A stretch of DNA of 64,000 nt from Dimorphilus gyrociliatus. Lineage: Eukaryota > Animalia > Annelida. Position 1 is the first letter of the stretch, and each line of letters starts with the position of its first letter. The stretch lies in assembly GCA_904063045.1 (NCBI GenBank), contig CAJFCJ010000006.1, positions 372,001 through 436,000 on the forward strand, written 5' to 3'. Below are positions 25,781 to 40,329 of this stretch, one piece after another. Under the pieces are notes generated by a model, which did not search any database, was not told the origin of the DNA, and was given only the letters and a program-made list of their open reading frames with translations. A program made the position numbers and the translations under genes.

Positions 25781-26775
25781 TTAAAAAAAATTGAAGCCGT
25801 GTCCTTTTGAGTATATGTATAGTTTTAAACGATAAATAAAATAAAACCCAACATGAACAAGCGGAGAAACAATACCTGCTATAATGAGAACACATGGTAT
25901 ACTAATTTGAGGCTTATTCCAATTCAAAATCGGATAAACAATGTTATGCTTTTTGTCAACGCTCCAATAAACAATATTAAAGATCGTGTAGATAATTCCA
26001 TATGAAAATGGATAAAGAAAGTGTAATATACGAACTGGAACTGCTGACGATAGAAAGTGAAATAAAACGATGGTTGAATTAATTGCATGAAGATTTATAT
26101 TATTCCATAAGCCTATCATACTAATCTCATCTTTTTTCAAAAGCGGCCAGAGAACAGACCAGAAAGTTAGAGAGACTACTACGGATGATGTAGATGCAGT
26201 ATTGAACAATATCCAATCTAATTTGATGTATAGAGGTAATTTTCTTTCTTCAACATTTTCAATTGTCATGCTTGTGTCAATGAGAGCTCCTCTATCTGAT
26301 TCCGATTCCGATGATTGAGAATTATCAGCTACTTGTAATGTGTTGTTTTCATTTCTTCCACAAAATTGAGAGCAGAAAAAATAAAAGCAACAACCAGCTG
26401 AGTATGTTAGATGTATGGTCAACAATAAATAAGTCCATATTGTTAGGAATACGTATGGAGGATGACGATGAGATGTTGTGTTATCAAACCAATGGTAGTG
26501 AATAGTGGTATTTGAAGAATGTGCCAAGCTCCTGGTCAGTATCAAGACATTCCAAGTTATGAGATAAATCGCAAAGAACAATTTGATAAATATCATTAGA
26601 AGAATTCCAATTTTTCTCTTATTTGGATGAAGCCACTAAAACAAAGAATATTAAATTTAATTGGTACTTTTAAACATGTTGAAAAGTTTTTTACTTGAAA
26701 GGTATAAAATGCTGAAGGATGATCATGATGTAAAAGTGCAGCACCCAAGGTACATTCTTCTCTGATTCTAGGCAT
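25781..26775 (-). CDS. Protein rolling stone-like multi-pass membrane protein; 2 exons
   Basis: Exon 1 MPRIREECTLGAALLHHDHPSAFYTFQ|W. Then VFLTIWTY, KLDWILFNTA, VSLTFW, HAINS, PVRILHFLYP, GIIYTIFNIVYW, VYPILNW. Confidence 0.82.
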
Positions 26776-27270
26776 ATTTTTTTGATATTTTCAATTTTTT
26801 GTTTAGTTTCAGTCTGCCACTTCCTTATAGTGAGTAGTTGCCTTTGAAATTGTTATACGACATATGAGTTGGGAACGGGTAACCTGGCAATCTTTAGACA
26901 AGAAAACACGAAACGAGGGTGGGCATTCCGTCCATTAATCTTGCGTTGGCACTGTTCTATGATTTTTCCAATTAGGATTAATTAGTCAAACAATCATAGC
27001 CAGTGTAAATATATTTGTTCAAAACAATTGCGAAGAGCTCAGAAGATTAAAGTTTTGCAAGATTGATTAAAACACTAATTTTGAAAGTGCACTAGTGCCA
27101 AGTTGAGACACGCATGAGTCAAATTTCAGCAGTTGTCATTCTACAATTACGTTGGATTTGTTTACTACGTTACCAAAAATATCGTGGTTGGTAGACTAAA
27201 TGTGTCTAGCATTACACAAGCATTTAATTCGCGGTTAATAGATGTTTAAGTCAAATCGATCATTGAGGTA

Positions 27271-30200
27271 ATGTCTTTGGATAAATATACAAATATAAGA
27301 GTAATTGGAAAGGGCAGCTATGGAGAGGTTTGGCTGGTTCGTCATAAGTCTGATAGAAAGCAGGTTATTATTAGCATTTGAATAATAGCGAAATAGTTAT
27401 AAGATTCATATGAATGCTATGTCCTTAATAGTATGTGTTGAAAAAACTCGAAGTTAAGCATGCTTCTAAAAGAGAAAGATATTCTGCTGAGCAGGAAGCC
27501 AAGCTCTTGTCAAAACTTCATCATCCAAACATTGTAACTTATAAGGTAATAACTTTTTTTAATTTACATTATTCTTATTATAAATATTACTTGTGAAGGA
27601 CTCCTTCGAAAACAATGGACATCTATACATAGCAATGGGATTTTGTGAAGGTGGAGACCTCTTCTCAAAGTTAAAGGAGCAAAGAAGTGTACCGTTAGAA
27701 GAGAGACAAATTGTGGAATGGTTTGTTCAAATTTCAATGGCATTACAAGTAATTTTATTAAGAAACAAACCTATCATATTTTCCATTTCATATTTATTGT
27801 TTTAGTATATGCACGAAAGAAATATCTTACATAGAGATTTAAAAACTCAGAATATCTTTCTTACAAAGGCAAGCATAATAAAAGTCGGTGACTTGGGAAT
27901 TGCTAAGTAATATTATAGCTTTGTGGTTTAGATTTTAATTTTTTTAAAATTTATTAGAGTCCTGGATAATCCTAATGATATGGCTTCTACGTTAATTGGA
28001 ACACCTTATTATATGAGTCCAGAACTTTTTTCTAACAAACCTTACAACCATAAAGTCAGTTTATAAATTTTAATGAAAATTTTACAATGTATATTGACGG
28101 TTGTTAATTTTTATTGTAGTCTGATGTTTGGGCTTTAGGTTGTTGTGTTTACGAAATGGCAACTTTAAAACATGCGTTTAATGCTAAAGATATGAATTCT
28201 CTAGTATATAAGATTCTTCGAGGTAAATTACCGTCCATGCCAAAAATTTATAGCGATGAGTTAGTAACTATGATAAGAGCGATGCTAAACCAAAATCCCG
28301 ATAAAAGACCTAGTGTTAATAGGATACTTAAAGATCCTTTTATAAAAAAAAATATTGCTATATTTCTGGACGGAACGAGAAAAAAGTTGGTATTTAACTA
28401 TACTCTATTAATATTTATTAGTAGTCAATATTATTTGAAAAAATTGCAGCAAGGCTACATCAGCGAAATCGAAGCGTCCTCCTTCCGGGGAGAGATCAAG
28501 AAAATCAAGTCAGACAGATGATGATGCAAAATCTGTACTCAGCGTTGCTAGCTCCGTTGGGGTATCCTATGAAACAAACAACATCTTAGAAGCTATTAAC
28601 GACGATGAGAAATTAGAACCTTTACACCCTTGTGGACCAGAGTTAACACCAATAGCTGAAGAAATGACACCTCGTAAACAATATCCTCCACCAAAATCGG
28701 CAGACCAAAGCCCCAAAACATCTTTTGAAGCAAAACAATCACGGCCTGCATCAGGCCAAAATTCTAGATCATCGACACCAACTAGAGCCTCTGGTAACAA
28801 GGTATTTACATTAAATATTAAGTGGAAGCTTCTTAACCAAATTTATTAGGAATTGCCTCCAAGATCACCTGATGTTTCCGGGACTGGTGCTAGAAAGAAA
28901 AAGAAGAGTGTCTTAAAAATGAGACAAAGCTCTAACGAAAATTCTGAACCTAATAAAGAGCCTTTACAGGTAATACAGCTAGAGAGGGACAGTCCTTGCC
29001 ATAAATTTCAGGTGCATGATCTTAAATTTTTGTTTGTTTGTATTTCTCTGTTTTATCAAGATTTTTATGTTGAACATTCTCTTCACCATTTTCTGAATTT
29101 TTTTTAAATATTTTATTCAAAAATTTATATCTATAAAAAATATGTAAAAACATATATTTTAGATAAATTTGCAAAAAATTAGGCCTAAAAACTGCAATTC
29201 TAGAACACAATTAGCTAGAAAACACCTTCTACCCCACACAAAATTATAAACTGTATACTGACTTTGGGAAAATCTTTACTTAGGATCCTATAGAATCACG
29301 CCCTCTTCCCCCACGCCCTCTTATGTCGGGGAATCCAAAATCTAAGAATTCGTCAGCTGTTGTTCATAACAGAGAATCAGGGTAAGAAATAATCTTATCT
29401 GCAGTAAACTTTGTTGTAGACTGTTCAATTTTATCTTAGATATTCAAGTGAAATTATTTCATCTTGCGATCCTGTTGTAAACAAACCGAAAGGAATGTCC
29501 AAGTCTCACGATCCATCATCTCCAACGGAAACTAAGTTACCCCCATCAAGAGTTGTTAGCAAATCTCAAGACATTCGTCCTCAAATGAAATCTGCTGCAC
29601 CACGGGTAAGAGAGTTCAGTTATCTTTTTGTGACATATTGATTTTGACTCGTGTTTTAGCAGAGTAATTTGTCTGCAAGAGCTAGACGTCGTGAAAAGAA
29701 GGAAATGGAAATTAAGGAAATTGAAACACCAAGAATGAAAAGTAGTGTTGACATTGATCCATCGAGAAGATCGATAGATATTGATAGCCGTCCTTCAAGC
29801 GCCAAAAGTAGACCTAGTTCAGCTAAGGCTGCTTTAGAACAAAGATCACAAAAAGCAGATATCTCTGCAGTAAAACGTACTCGAGTGAGTAAGGCTAAAA
29901 ACAGTACAATCATTATGTAATCAACATATTTTTTCACTACCAGAGCGAAAGTGACAAAAGCAAAAAACCCTTGGTCCATCAAAGATCATTTAACAATAGC
30001 TCAAGTAGTGATGAAGATGAGATCAAGCGGGACGAGAGAAGGTTAGGATAAATTAGTATAATATTTTAATAATACTCTCTTCTTCTAAAATAGAAATCAT
30101 AGAGACGTCAATAACCTAGTTTGTGCCCTCGAGTCTACTTTAAAGGCAGCTTCAGCTGTTAGGCATAGCGGGGATGATGATGATGATAACGGAGACGTTA

Positions 30201-30757
30201 TTATTCCAGGGGGCGCGAAGGTTCCAAATGTGAGGAGAAATGAAACTTTTGTTATAAGGGTGAGAAAAGTCTTGATTCCTTATCTAACTCTAAAATAATA
30301 TTATTATCTCTATAATTTGTAGAAACACGTGGACCCACCTCCCCAACGCCTACAGGTTGAGCCTTTAAGAGCAATTAAAGTATCAACAGACCCTACTGAA
30401 GATGCTATTCATCCAGGTACAGACTCTTAATTTAATCTACTTCAGTTAAATTTTGGCTATTACAGCTGAACGAACCTTGGGTACAGCAACAAGACTAAAC
30501 GATCGAATACAACAATTGAGAAAGTAAATGACTAACATCATAGTTTTTCAATAATATAATAAATATTATGCAGGGATGTTATAAGAGCATTTGGAATTGC
30601 TAAACTGAAAGCAGCTTATGATGTACTCGAAAAAGTTGAATCAGAAGATGCTGAACCGAAACTAATTAAAATTTTGGGACAAGATGGTTTTGATGAATAT
30701 GCTGGGAAAATTTGGCAACTTAAATTTTGTGAAGATGTCCAATCAGGCCTTGTTTGA
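27271..30757 (+). CDS. NEK4: NIMA-related serine/threonine kinase NEK4, many short exons
   Basis: [86 protein letters not shown]-terminal [10 protein letters not shown]. Confidence 0.9.
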
Positions 30758-31192
30758 ATTCACTTTTGCTGTATATACTGTATACAGTATACATTTATAC
30801 ATTGCATAAAAATAATTTCAAGATTTAAACTCTAAACTTTTCTTTTTATAGCTCATTTAATTACATCTCATACATATTCATTCTGTAAAAAGATCTTTTC
30901 ATTCACACTCATAACTGTTTTTCATTAAAAATTTCATTGATATGATAGTTGATTTAAAATGACTCAAATTATCGGGCGCTTTATGTTTCTTAATTCAATT
31001 TTTAACATTTGTAAATTAATAAGAAGTTTGTTACAATCTAAACGAAATATTGTTTACAATTTAAAAAATGAGACCTAATGAAGGTCATTTGTAAAGTAAC
31101 TACTCTATCAAGAATCAAAAAATTAAGTCGATATTAATATTTTGAGGGACAATAAGTCATTCAATTATTCACAAGAGTCAACGTAAAAACTT

Positions 31193-34100
31193 TTAACGAG
31201 AGAGCATAGGCCAATATTGCACCCGAAATCTTTTAATTTGACCTTCACAGAGCCGATCCATCCAGGAACCTAACCCATTCAGGACGTCATTGATATTAAT
31301 TGTAGAATCAGTTTGATTTTCACCATCGCTACTATCATCCAACCCAAGAAAGTCATTAGATGGCAGCTTAGGATGAAAAATTGAGTAGTAATTTCTTGAT
31401 CCATTTAGGGCTAGAACAGTTCCGACACAGTTTTTTCTGAATAAGGTTTTTAAATATGGATTAAAAATTATGAAGAAAAGTGCAGAGTATTATATGTAAT
31501 TAATTTCGAACGGGTAAAATATGTGACAAAACTTGAAACTTGTAATTCATATTAAGTTATTTAAGACTCTTACTTGTTAATGGTACTTAAATCTCTTCGA
31601 AAATCCAGTGTTTCTTCTAACAAGTGCCTATACCAGCCGAGATATTCGTCCAAATCTAAAGCACAAAATATGAAAGCATCGCCGCTGAAAAAAATAGTAA
31701 GGATAAAGATCTATATGGATATTTTTATTTATCATTTTCTTACTTTGTATAAGGTAAGACAATTGAAGCGAATTTCTGAAGAAGCTTATTTTGGTATTCA
31801 TTGTCAGTCATGATAATTAAGGTTCTTAAACCTCTCTCGCCTCTTAAGACATACTTATCGTATGTTTGAGCGCAAAATGTTTGCAAGTAAACAGTAGGCT
31901 TCCTAAAAAATGTCATTGGTTTATTAGTATTGTCGTAAATATTCTTACTTATAAGTATTACTCTTTAGGTAAATTTTGGTTCGATCGTTCTTTATTTTTT
32001 GACTGAGTTACTGGCTTATCCAACTTAGACAGCGCAGATGACATAAAACCAATCCCTAGTACCACAAATATTGAAACAAAAATTGCCAACCAAGTGGCAC
32101 TATCCATACTAGAAAGTATAAGATTAAATAAGGTATAATGTTAGCTATATAATGACAACCCACCTTCTTATCTTCATCATTCCCAAATCATACCAATCAT
32201 CCAGTTTATTCAAAATTCTTGATAGTAAGGGCTTTAGGAGTAATTAGATATTGAACAAAAAAAGTAATGAAAAAACATGAAATATAACTTACGGCCTGGT
32301 GTTCATCTATTATAGATGGCTGATCTATTTTAAAATCCAAAGTGTCTCTAGTGTTTACCGCTGTATCTACTAATTTTTTCAGAGCACTTACTGACTCTTC
32401 ATTATATTCGCCAAGTTTCCAGCCATCTTCCAATAAGCTATAATATAGATCTAGCTTTGAATTTCTCCAAATTAGAGCTACTTTTAAAGCTTTCGTAGTG
32501 ACATTTTCAATTCCCTCCTTTCTAGTAATTGCCTCAGCAAATTGAGTTTGCGAATCGGCATATACATATGCATATTTGACCCTTTGTTGACTTGATTGCT
32601 CTTTCACATAATTCCTAAAGCTTTTACGATATTCTTCATGATCTTTGATATTATATGTGAAAAGTACAACACAGACAGCTTTAGAGCGTCGTGTAGTTCC
32701 AGTAGGGCATAACTCATTAAAAACGTTAGGTGAGGAAAGACGAGGTAATATGAGGTATTTATTTGAATTTAGAATATTTTCAATATTCTTTCCTTGCAAT
32801 TTTTGCTCCTGCATGAACAGATTGAGTCAGTTAAACATATTGTATGCAATTTAAAAAAGATATTACATTTATACTAGCAAACGCAGAATCATAATATTCA
32901 TGAAATAGTAGCAAAGTTTCTTTCCCAGGATACAGTTTGTATAAGTCTTTAAAGCTTTTCGATTTTTTACTGCAATGACAAATGAAGTTAGTTTGAACAA
33001 CATGATAAGATTATGAGTTCTCACTCTGAATTTGAAATAAATCCAAAGTCGAATCTTTTTTGATACTTAAAAGCTGTTGAGAGAAATCTTAAAGATGGCC
33101 GAGGTTTGGAGCTGGAAAAAATGACTCTGATTTTGTTCGCTGAATAATCTTGCAAAAATTCGGCAACTGTATCATCGTTAAGAATTCTAATAAGGTTGTT
33201 AGGTAGGTTATTTCTAACGAATTCTCTCATATTTTTTTGAGTATATTCATCATTGAAAAATTTAACTTTTTTGTTAATAATCATGACAATGCTTGGTGGA
33301 CTTGTAACCCCTACTCTGTTTGATAATGCTCGGTCCAACTCAAAATTAAAAGTTCCGATACCGAAATCTGTAAAAAAAACGCTTAATTGGTAGCAAAATA
33401 TTTTTACAAATATGTAACTTTAGCCACTACAATTGAAAAATATATTACCTATATCCTCTAAATCTGTAACAAACTTTTCCCATACTGCATCAACTTTCAT
33501 GCATTGTAAACACGAATTTGAATAGGCAAATAGTACATATGGTTTTTTGGATGTCTCGGGTAAAATTATATTTGTATATTTCCTGCAAAACTTAGAGAGT
33601 AAATACATGAAAAAGAATAATATTATCAATATCACCTAAAAGTGACTAGATATCTTTCATCCTCATCTCTATCAAACGTAAACCGAAAATCTCCAAACAT
33701 GGATCCGCCAAAGAAGTCTCGGAAAGGGTAAAAAAATTCATTATCCCCTCTATGATTTTGATGGCCAGTGCTTGATGCTGTTTTACCAAAATTATCATAC
33801 TGTCGACGTTTTTCGTCATCTATAAGAGTCTGTTCAAAGAAAATGAGCTTAGAGCGACATCTATAATCAATATATTGACAAAATATTATTGAAACGAGCA
33901 ATATTACTTTCTCGTAGGAAATTTAAACTTCCTAAATGTCTAATCTAATTTTATTTTCTCTTATAGGCTGTATGTTTAATATAATTAATATTGGAGAAAC
34001 ATTTCATCGAGCATGTTACTTTCCAAACTGGGCTTATGAAAGAACTGGAGGATATGATTTTAAACCAGAAGATATAAAAGTGCAGTTATGTTCACAAATC

Positions 34101-36147
34101 ATTTTTGCTTTTGCAGTATTTGATGGAGAGATGCAAATTCAACCAGTAGATAATAACGATATAAAATTGTAAGATGTAAATTCACTAATTATTTCATTGA
34201 AGTTATGTTTTTATTTAAGATTATGTCTGATATAGTAAATGTATCAGGAAGTAAAATTTATTCAAATGACTAATACAATTTAGAATAAATATATATATAT
34301 ATATATATATATGATTTTGTAATTTTAGTTATCGACAATTAAAGGCAGTTATCAACGAGAATAATCCTACTGCTGACTTATTACTAGCTATCGGAGGAGC
34401 AACATTTAGCGCCGAAAACTTTTCAAATATGACTAAAAGCTCACAGCTTAGGTATACATTTGCAAAAAACCTCGTAGCTTATGCAAGAAAATACTATTTC
34501 GATGGAATAGATATTGACTGGGAATTTCCCCAGGAAGGCGAAAAAGACAATTTTACGGGTTTGCTCGAGGTCCGTCTTGACAGTTAAATTTTAAATATTC
34601 TAACGTTTTACATTTGATTTTAAGGACTTACGACAAGAGATTGATAAGGAATATGGAAAGAGTTTTGATATTGTAAATGGTAATTTAAAAAAGAAGCTTA
34701 TTCTGTCAGCAGCTGTAACTCCAAGTCCTTATAATGTAAAATATCATAAGGATATTTTTTTCAAATATCCCCTGGATTCATACGATATATCAGCCTTATT
34801 TAGGTAAGAAAACTAAATAATTTATTATTAAATTAATATATTTAATTTTTAGATTACTGGATCAAATTCATCTGATGACATATGATTTAAATCATCATGA
34901 ATTTATTTCACACCATAGCCGAATTAATACCACGGAGAAAGACTCAAGCGTAACACGGCAGTTTGCAATAGTAAGATTATCTCAGCTTGAACAAATGAAA
35001 CTGAAAATAAATTTTGCAGGAACTTCTATTAAATGAATGGCTCAAGTATGGCAACGCATCCAAAATTTTCCTTGGTTTACCATATTATGCACGTACTTAT
35101 ACTGTAAAAATCCCTAGTATTAAATCCTTAGATGATCCAAACTTAAATGTTAAAATTGCTGACATTTTCGGAAAAAATATGAGGTTGAATTTATATTGAA
35201 TTATATATTTTTCCAACTTTCTTTAATCGATTAAATTCAGCTCAGGAAGAGGCAATCCTGGTTTAATAACAAAAGAACAAGGAATTCTTGCCTATTATGA
35301 GGTTAGTATCATTTTTAATAGAATATGTGAATTCAAAAAAAAGTTTTACAGATTTGCGAACTATTGAAGACAAAATCGGATTCTCAACAAAAAATAAGCG
35401 AACCATACTTATACGAAAATCTAAACGTTCCCTTCTTTACTATTTCAAGGATAAAAAAAAATGAAGGATTAAATTTACAATGGATAGGATATGATGATCC
35501 TGAAAGCTTGGCATTTAAAGTAAATTTTGCAAAAAGTAAAGGTTTAGGTGGCGTAATGATATGGGCAATTGACATGGACGATTTTAATGGTAAGTCTTGT
35601 GGTAAACTTTATCCGTTGAGTAGATCAGTATATGACGCTGCAACGGGAAAGAATGCATCGGAATTCCTCCCCAATTTTCACCCAGCAGCAAAGTAAGTGT
35701 TTCAAAAAAGAAAAATTTACAAATTGACTTTTAACCTTTCTTACAGTTCCATGATTGACCAAGCCAATAAAGTCCTAATCAGTTTTATATTTGGAATATG
35801 GTTTCTAACATCATAGTATTGCTTCTTTTTAGTTAAATAAAATGATTCGTATTGATACAAACCTCATATGCCTCATTTATTTTCATAAACTTTTCGTTTG
35901 CATCGGGATCCCTATTCTTGTCAGGATGCCTTTATAAAAATAAAACTGTAGACAAAAATTTTTCCATTATTGCAAATTAAAACACATACCATGTTCTTGC
36001 CAATTTCTTATAGGACCTCTTAATTTCTGCATTATTGGCTGATTTTGACACACCAAGAATCTTATATAAATCCTCACCCACACAAAACTCAAAAGATGAT
36101 AAAAACACGCACAAAATAACGATTGTTAAATAACTTAAGCTTTTCAT
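31193..36147 (-). CDS. DNAJC16: DnaJ homolog subfamily C member 16 (signal peptide, J domain, thioredoxin-like domains, TM), multi-exon
   Basis: DLYKILGVSKSANNAEIKRSYKKLARTW|HPDKNRDPDANEKFMKINEAYE|TLIDDEKRRQYDNFG; YSNSCLQCM; C-terminal GSWMDRLCEGQIKRFRVQYWP. Confidence 0.9.
33936..35816 (+). CDS. GH18 chitinase, nested antisense in DNAJC16 intron 2; no chitin-binding domain; hydrophobic C-terminal tail
   Basis: RACYFPNWA, CSQIIFAFA, LLAIGG, intact catalytic motif FDGIDIDWEFP, LMTYDL, LGLPYYARTY, WIGYDDPES, GLGGVMIWAIDMDDF. Last exon KVLISFIFGIWFLTS*. Confidence 0.92.
34289..34312. repeat. (AT)n microsatellite in a chitinase intron
   Basis: About 12 uninterrupted AT units. Confidence 0.9.
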
Positions 36148-36837
36148 GTGCTTTTTTAATTGATTCAACAACCAGCCCTTAATTTGGAGAATCTTTAGTG
36201 AAGAACGTCGTGTTGATTAGGACCTAAGGCAAAATATTACTCTATAACCATTTTACTTTGAAAAACTGACTATTGACAAAATATTATTTATAAAACATGT
36301 TTTATAAATAGAAACATATAGTTACAATTATTCTATTATTTTTTAAAAATACGAAAAAGCGCAAGGAAAATAAATTTCAGTTTGAAATATTGTAAAAAAT
36401 TTTTTTTTGAAGTAACAGGTACATATAATCTCACTGTAAAATTTTTTGTCACATTTCCTGGAATTTTTAACACACGTGAAAAATTATTCTTGGTAAAAAA
36501 TTACACAACGATCATCTAATATTGATGCAAATTGGAATATTTCATGTTAGTATAAATATATATCAAGTAATAGCTGTTCCAGTGGAGATGCTTTTTATAT
36601 TTAAATGAATAAAATTTGTTTTTTTATCGAATCATCAAAAAATGCAAATATATTTTTAAAATAATCATATATTCTAAGAAATTGATGATTTTAAAAAAAA
36701 ATTACACACATATTATACATGCGTTTCTCGCTTTTCACAACAGTTTTCCAAATACGAAAATAACACGACCGGAAATTACAATTTGTTGTGTTCGTAAATA
36801 ACATTAATTCTGTTTAAATCAGTTTTGCTAAAATAAA

Positions 36838-38586
36838 ATGAGCAAAGAATGGCTCGAATTAGAAAGTGATCCTGGTTGGTATAGTTTAACGTAAAATTTA
36901 TATGATAGAAGTAGAAAATATTAATGAAATTTTATTTCAATTTTTCAATAATTTTAATGTTTAGATCATTAAATTTTGATTAATTAAAAATATATTATAG
37001 GATTATTCACTTTGATGGTACAAGAATTTGGTAAGTAGAATGATATATTATTTTAACAATTTAACTTTTACTATTTTATAACTCTGCAATTTGTTCAAAT
37101 AGGTGTTTCTGGTATTGAGGTAGAGGAAATTTATGATCTGCAAAAGACGTTTGACGGGTAAAGCCTTTTCAAATTTTTCAAGTTTTTTACACATGTTTAT
37201 TTCTTTATTTTTTATAAAGACCAGCCTATGGATTCATTTTTCTATTTAAATGGATTGAAGAAAGAAAATGTCGTCGTAAGGATGAGGATCAGTTTGTGTT
37301 TAATGAAGAAATGGTAAACAATATGTTTTTTGCTCAACAAGTAACTATTTTATCTAATTTAATAACAACATTTATTATTTTTGACATTTCACTTACAGCA
37401 TATTCCGAATTCATGTGCTACTCATGCTCTGTTAAGTGTGCTACTTAACTGTGACCGTACCAACGTTAAATTAGGAATGCATTTAGAAAGACTCCTAGAC
37501 TTCACTAAAGGAATGACACCAGATGAAAAGGGATACTCAATCGGAAATATGCCTCAATTAGCTAAAGTTCATAATAGTCATGCTAGACGAGAACCACCAC
37601 GATTAAATGATAAGCAGGCCATGCAAGTAGCAAGTGGAAAAAGTGCAGAAGCTTTCCATTTTGTGAGTTACGTGCCCATTAATGGTAGATTGTATGAATT
37701 AGATGGGTTAAAGCCAGCTCCAATTGATCATGGTCGTTGGGATAATAAAGAAGAATGGACTGAAAAATTTCAGCGTGTTATTAAAGAACGATTGGGAATG
37801 ACGAGATCATCAGCCAATGGAAACTCTGAACCATATAAAGATATTCGCTTCAACCTTATGGCAGTAGTTCCAGATAAATGTCAACAACTGAAACGACGTA
37901 TACAAAAGTTAAGAATGAATAAACGTATAGTTTTAGAGGCATTAGAAAAAAAAGTTCGTCAGAGATCGTCACAGTCTCCATCCCCTGTGACTGGAAGAAC
38001 AAGACATAGACAAAAGCAAGCTGCAGCTGAAAGGCAAGCTGAAGATGCAGCTATAGCTGCAGCCCTAAATGATTCTCATACAAGCATATCACCAAACACT
38101 AGTGGTAGTACTGAAACAGCATCTGAAGCCTCTTCAACCTTCAATTCACCAATTAGGCCTTCAACACCTCATTCAATTAGAAAGCATTTATGTGAAGATG
38201 AGTGCATGCAGAATCTGCTCAATTCGCATGGAAATCACAACAGTCAAACTCCTCCATCAGCAAGTTTCAAAGCAACACCAAAAGAATTACTTGGGTTACT
38301 AAGCCGCCTGGAAAGTGAAATTACGCAAGCTGAAGATGCACTAGTTGATCACACAGAAAGAATTCGAAAATATGAAATTGATGACAACAGGAGAAGGCAC
38401 AATTATGATCGTTTCTTGTCTTCATTTTTATCGTTACTGGCAGAAGAGGGCCATTTGGCTCGCCTTATACGCCAGGCCACGACTAACTCTTCAGGAACTC
38501 AACGTAGAAATTTAAAAAAGACTCAAAAGCGTCCCGTATCGAAGAATACAGGTGCATCGAAGAGAAGAAAGAAGAAAAAAATCTAA
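36838..38586 (+). CDS. BAP1: Ubiquitin C-terminal hydrolase BAP1/Calypso, several micro-exons at the 5' end
   Basis: [13 protein letters not shown]|[10 protein letters not shown]|V; [16 protein letters not shown] (catalytic Cys); [20 protein letters not shown]; RRHNYDRFL; C-terminal basic NLS RRKKKKI. Confidence 0.93.
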
Positions 38587-39434
38587 CAATAAGTATCTAT
38601 GTATATAACATGACTCAATTTATTATAACAAGTAAACAAAGAAACGTTTAAAGTTACATGTTATCTCTATTAGCTAATCTACTTTTGTAAAAAAAATTCT
38701 CTTGACGAGAAAGCCTTATGATTAGATAATCCAATCTGTAACTTTAAAAGATACGGAATTTTTGGCTTAAATCTTGAGATATAATAAATATACCTTAAGT
38801 GAACTATGTTCCAAAGACCTACACTCTTGGGGATGAGGCGTCATTGATAAATTATGATAACAATGCCTAATATTTTTTGATAATTAAAGGAAAATGATAT
38901 TTTTTTTGCAATGTTTTCGTCGCATGTAAAAGACTTAATGAATCTATCTAATTTAGCCAATTAATTAATGAAAGGATAACCTAGTTTCTTAGTAACAAGA
39001 AAAATATTTGACAAATATTTTCCTATTAGTATTCAATGTAGCTATATCTACTTAACAGAAAGCTGTCGTTGAGGTCTAAAGCTTACATTATTTGTATATT
39101 AGGCCATATACTTTGAGCACAGAGTACAAAAATTAATTCTTTCAAAAGTTCCAATAAATCTTTTAAATATCGCAAGTTTTTGTGTTCTGTCTATTATCAA
39201 GTCAAAAGCTACTTGTCCTAGTTTTTATACTGTTGACGGGAAACCTAACTAGTTAGGCACCAATTCCATACTCTTGTGTCCAACACTAAATGCATTGAGT
39301 ATTGTGAATAATTCTCACAAGCCGCTGCAAATGAAGTAAGTATCTAAGTTCTGCATTGGAAAAATAATCTATTAGTCAGAAAATATTGTAATTATTGTGA
39401 ATATTAGTGCTGCATTTGAGTAAAAATAAAAGAT

Positions 39435-40329
39435 ATGAATAGATCAACTAGCGGAAAGAAATTGCATTTTAAGCGTTGGGTTCCAAACTCGAACGTGCCA
39501 GTAAGGGCTCTTGTATTTTTCTGTCATGGTTGGTCAGAGCATTCTGATTGGTATGACGGGTTAGGCGATGTATTATCGTCCGAGGGTTTTTTATGTGCTT
39601 CGCATGACTGCATCGGTTAGTATCCTTTACAAACTAGTAGTTACGGCTAAGGATTTTTAATAAGCAACCACCTCCACAGGACACGGTTTGAGCGAGGGAG
39701 CTAGGGGTTATGTAGAGAACATTCAAGTTTTAATTAATGATGTTATAGCGCATTGCAACCTTTTACGATCCGAATTTGGGGATGACAAAAAAATTTTTCT
39801 CTTTGGGCACTCAATGGGAGGTCTAATTTCAGCAATGATCGGAATTGAAAAGCCTGAAATTTTTGCTGGTATCATATTATCGGCACCGTACTTGAACGTT
39901 GGAACAGTTTCCTCGGTCACTGTGTTTTTGGGAAAGATTGCGGCTTTCCTCCTTCCGAGAATGAAAATTTTACCGAGAATGCATCCTGACCAATCCTATA
40001 GAGATCCTGAAGCAGTAAAACGAGTTTTGCAAGATAAATTGTACTATAACGGCGGCATACACGCTCAGACTGCGGCTCAATTTTTACTTTTTACTAGCAT
40101 TGTTAAAGATAGGAGGTCGGAATTCAGACTGCCCGTTCTATGTCTTCATGGACAAAAAGACGTAGTTATTGCACCTGAATCATCTAAAGAATTTTTAGAA
40201 AATTGTCAATCGACCGATAAGAAGTTTGTGGAATACGAGAAGTCTTTCCACAATCTGATAAATGAGCCTAACGATTCAAGAGAATTGATCATAGGCGAAG
40301 TTAAAAACTGGCTAATAAATAGAGTTTAA
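39435..40329 (+). CDS. MGLL: Monoglyceride lipase-like alpha/beta hydrolase, copy A; 2 exons (intron 39616-39679)
   Basis: FFCHGWSEH, HDCI|GHGLSEG, GHSMGG nucleophile motif, LCLHGQKD, SFHNL. Confidence 0.88.
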
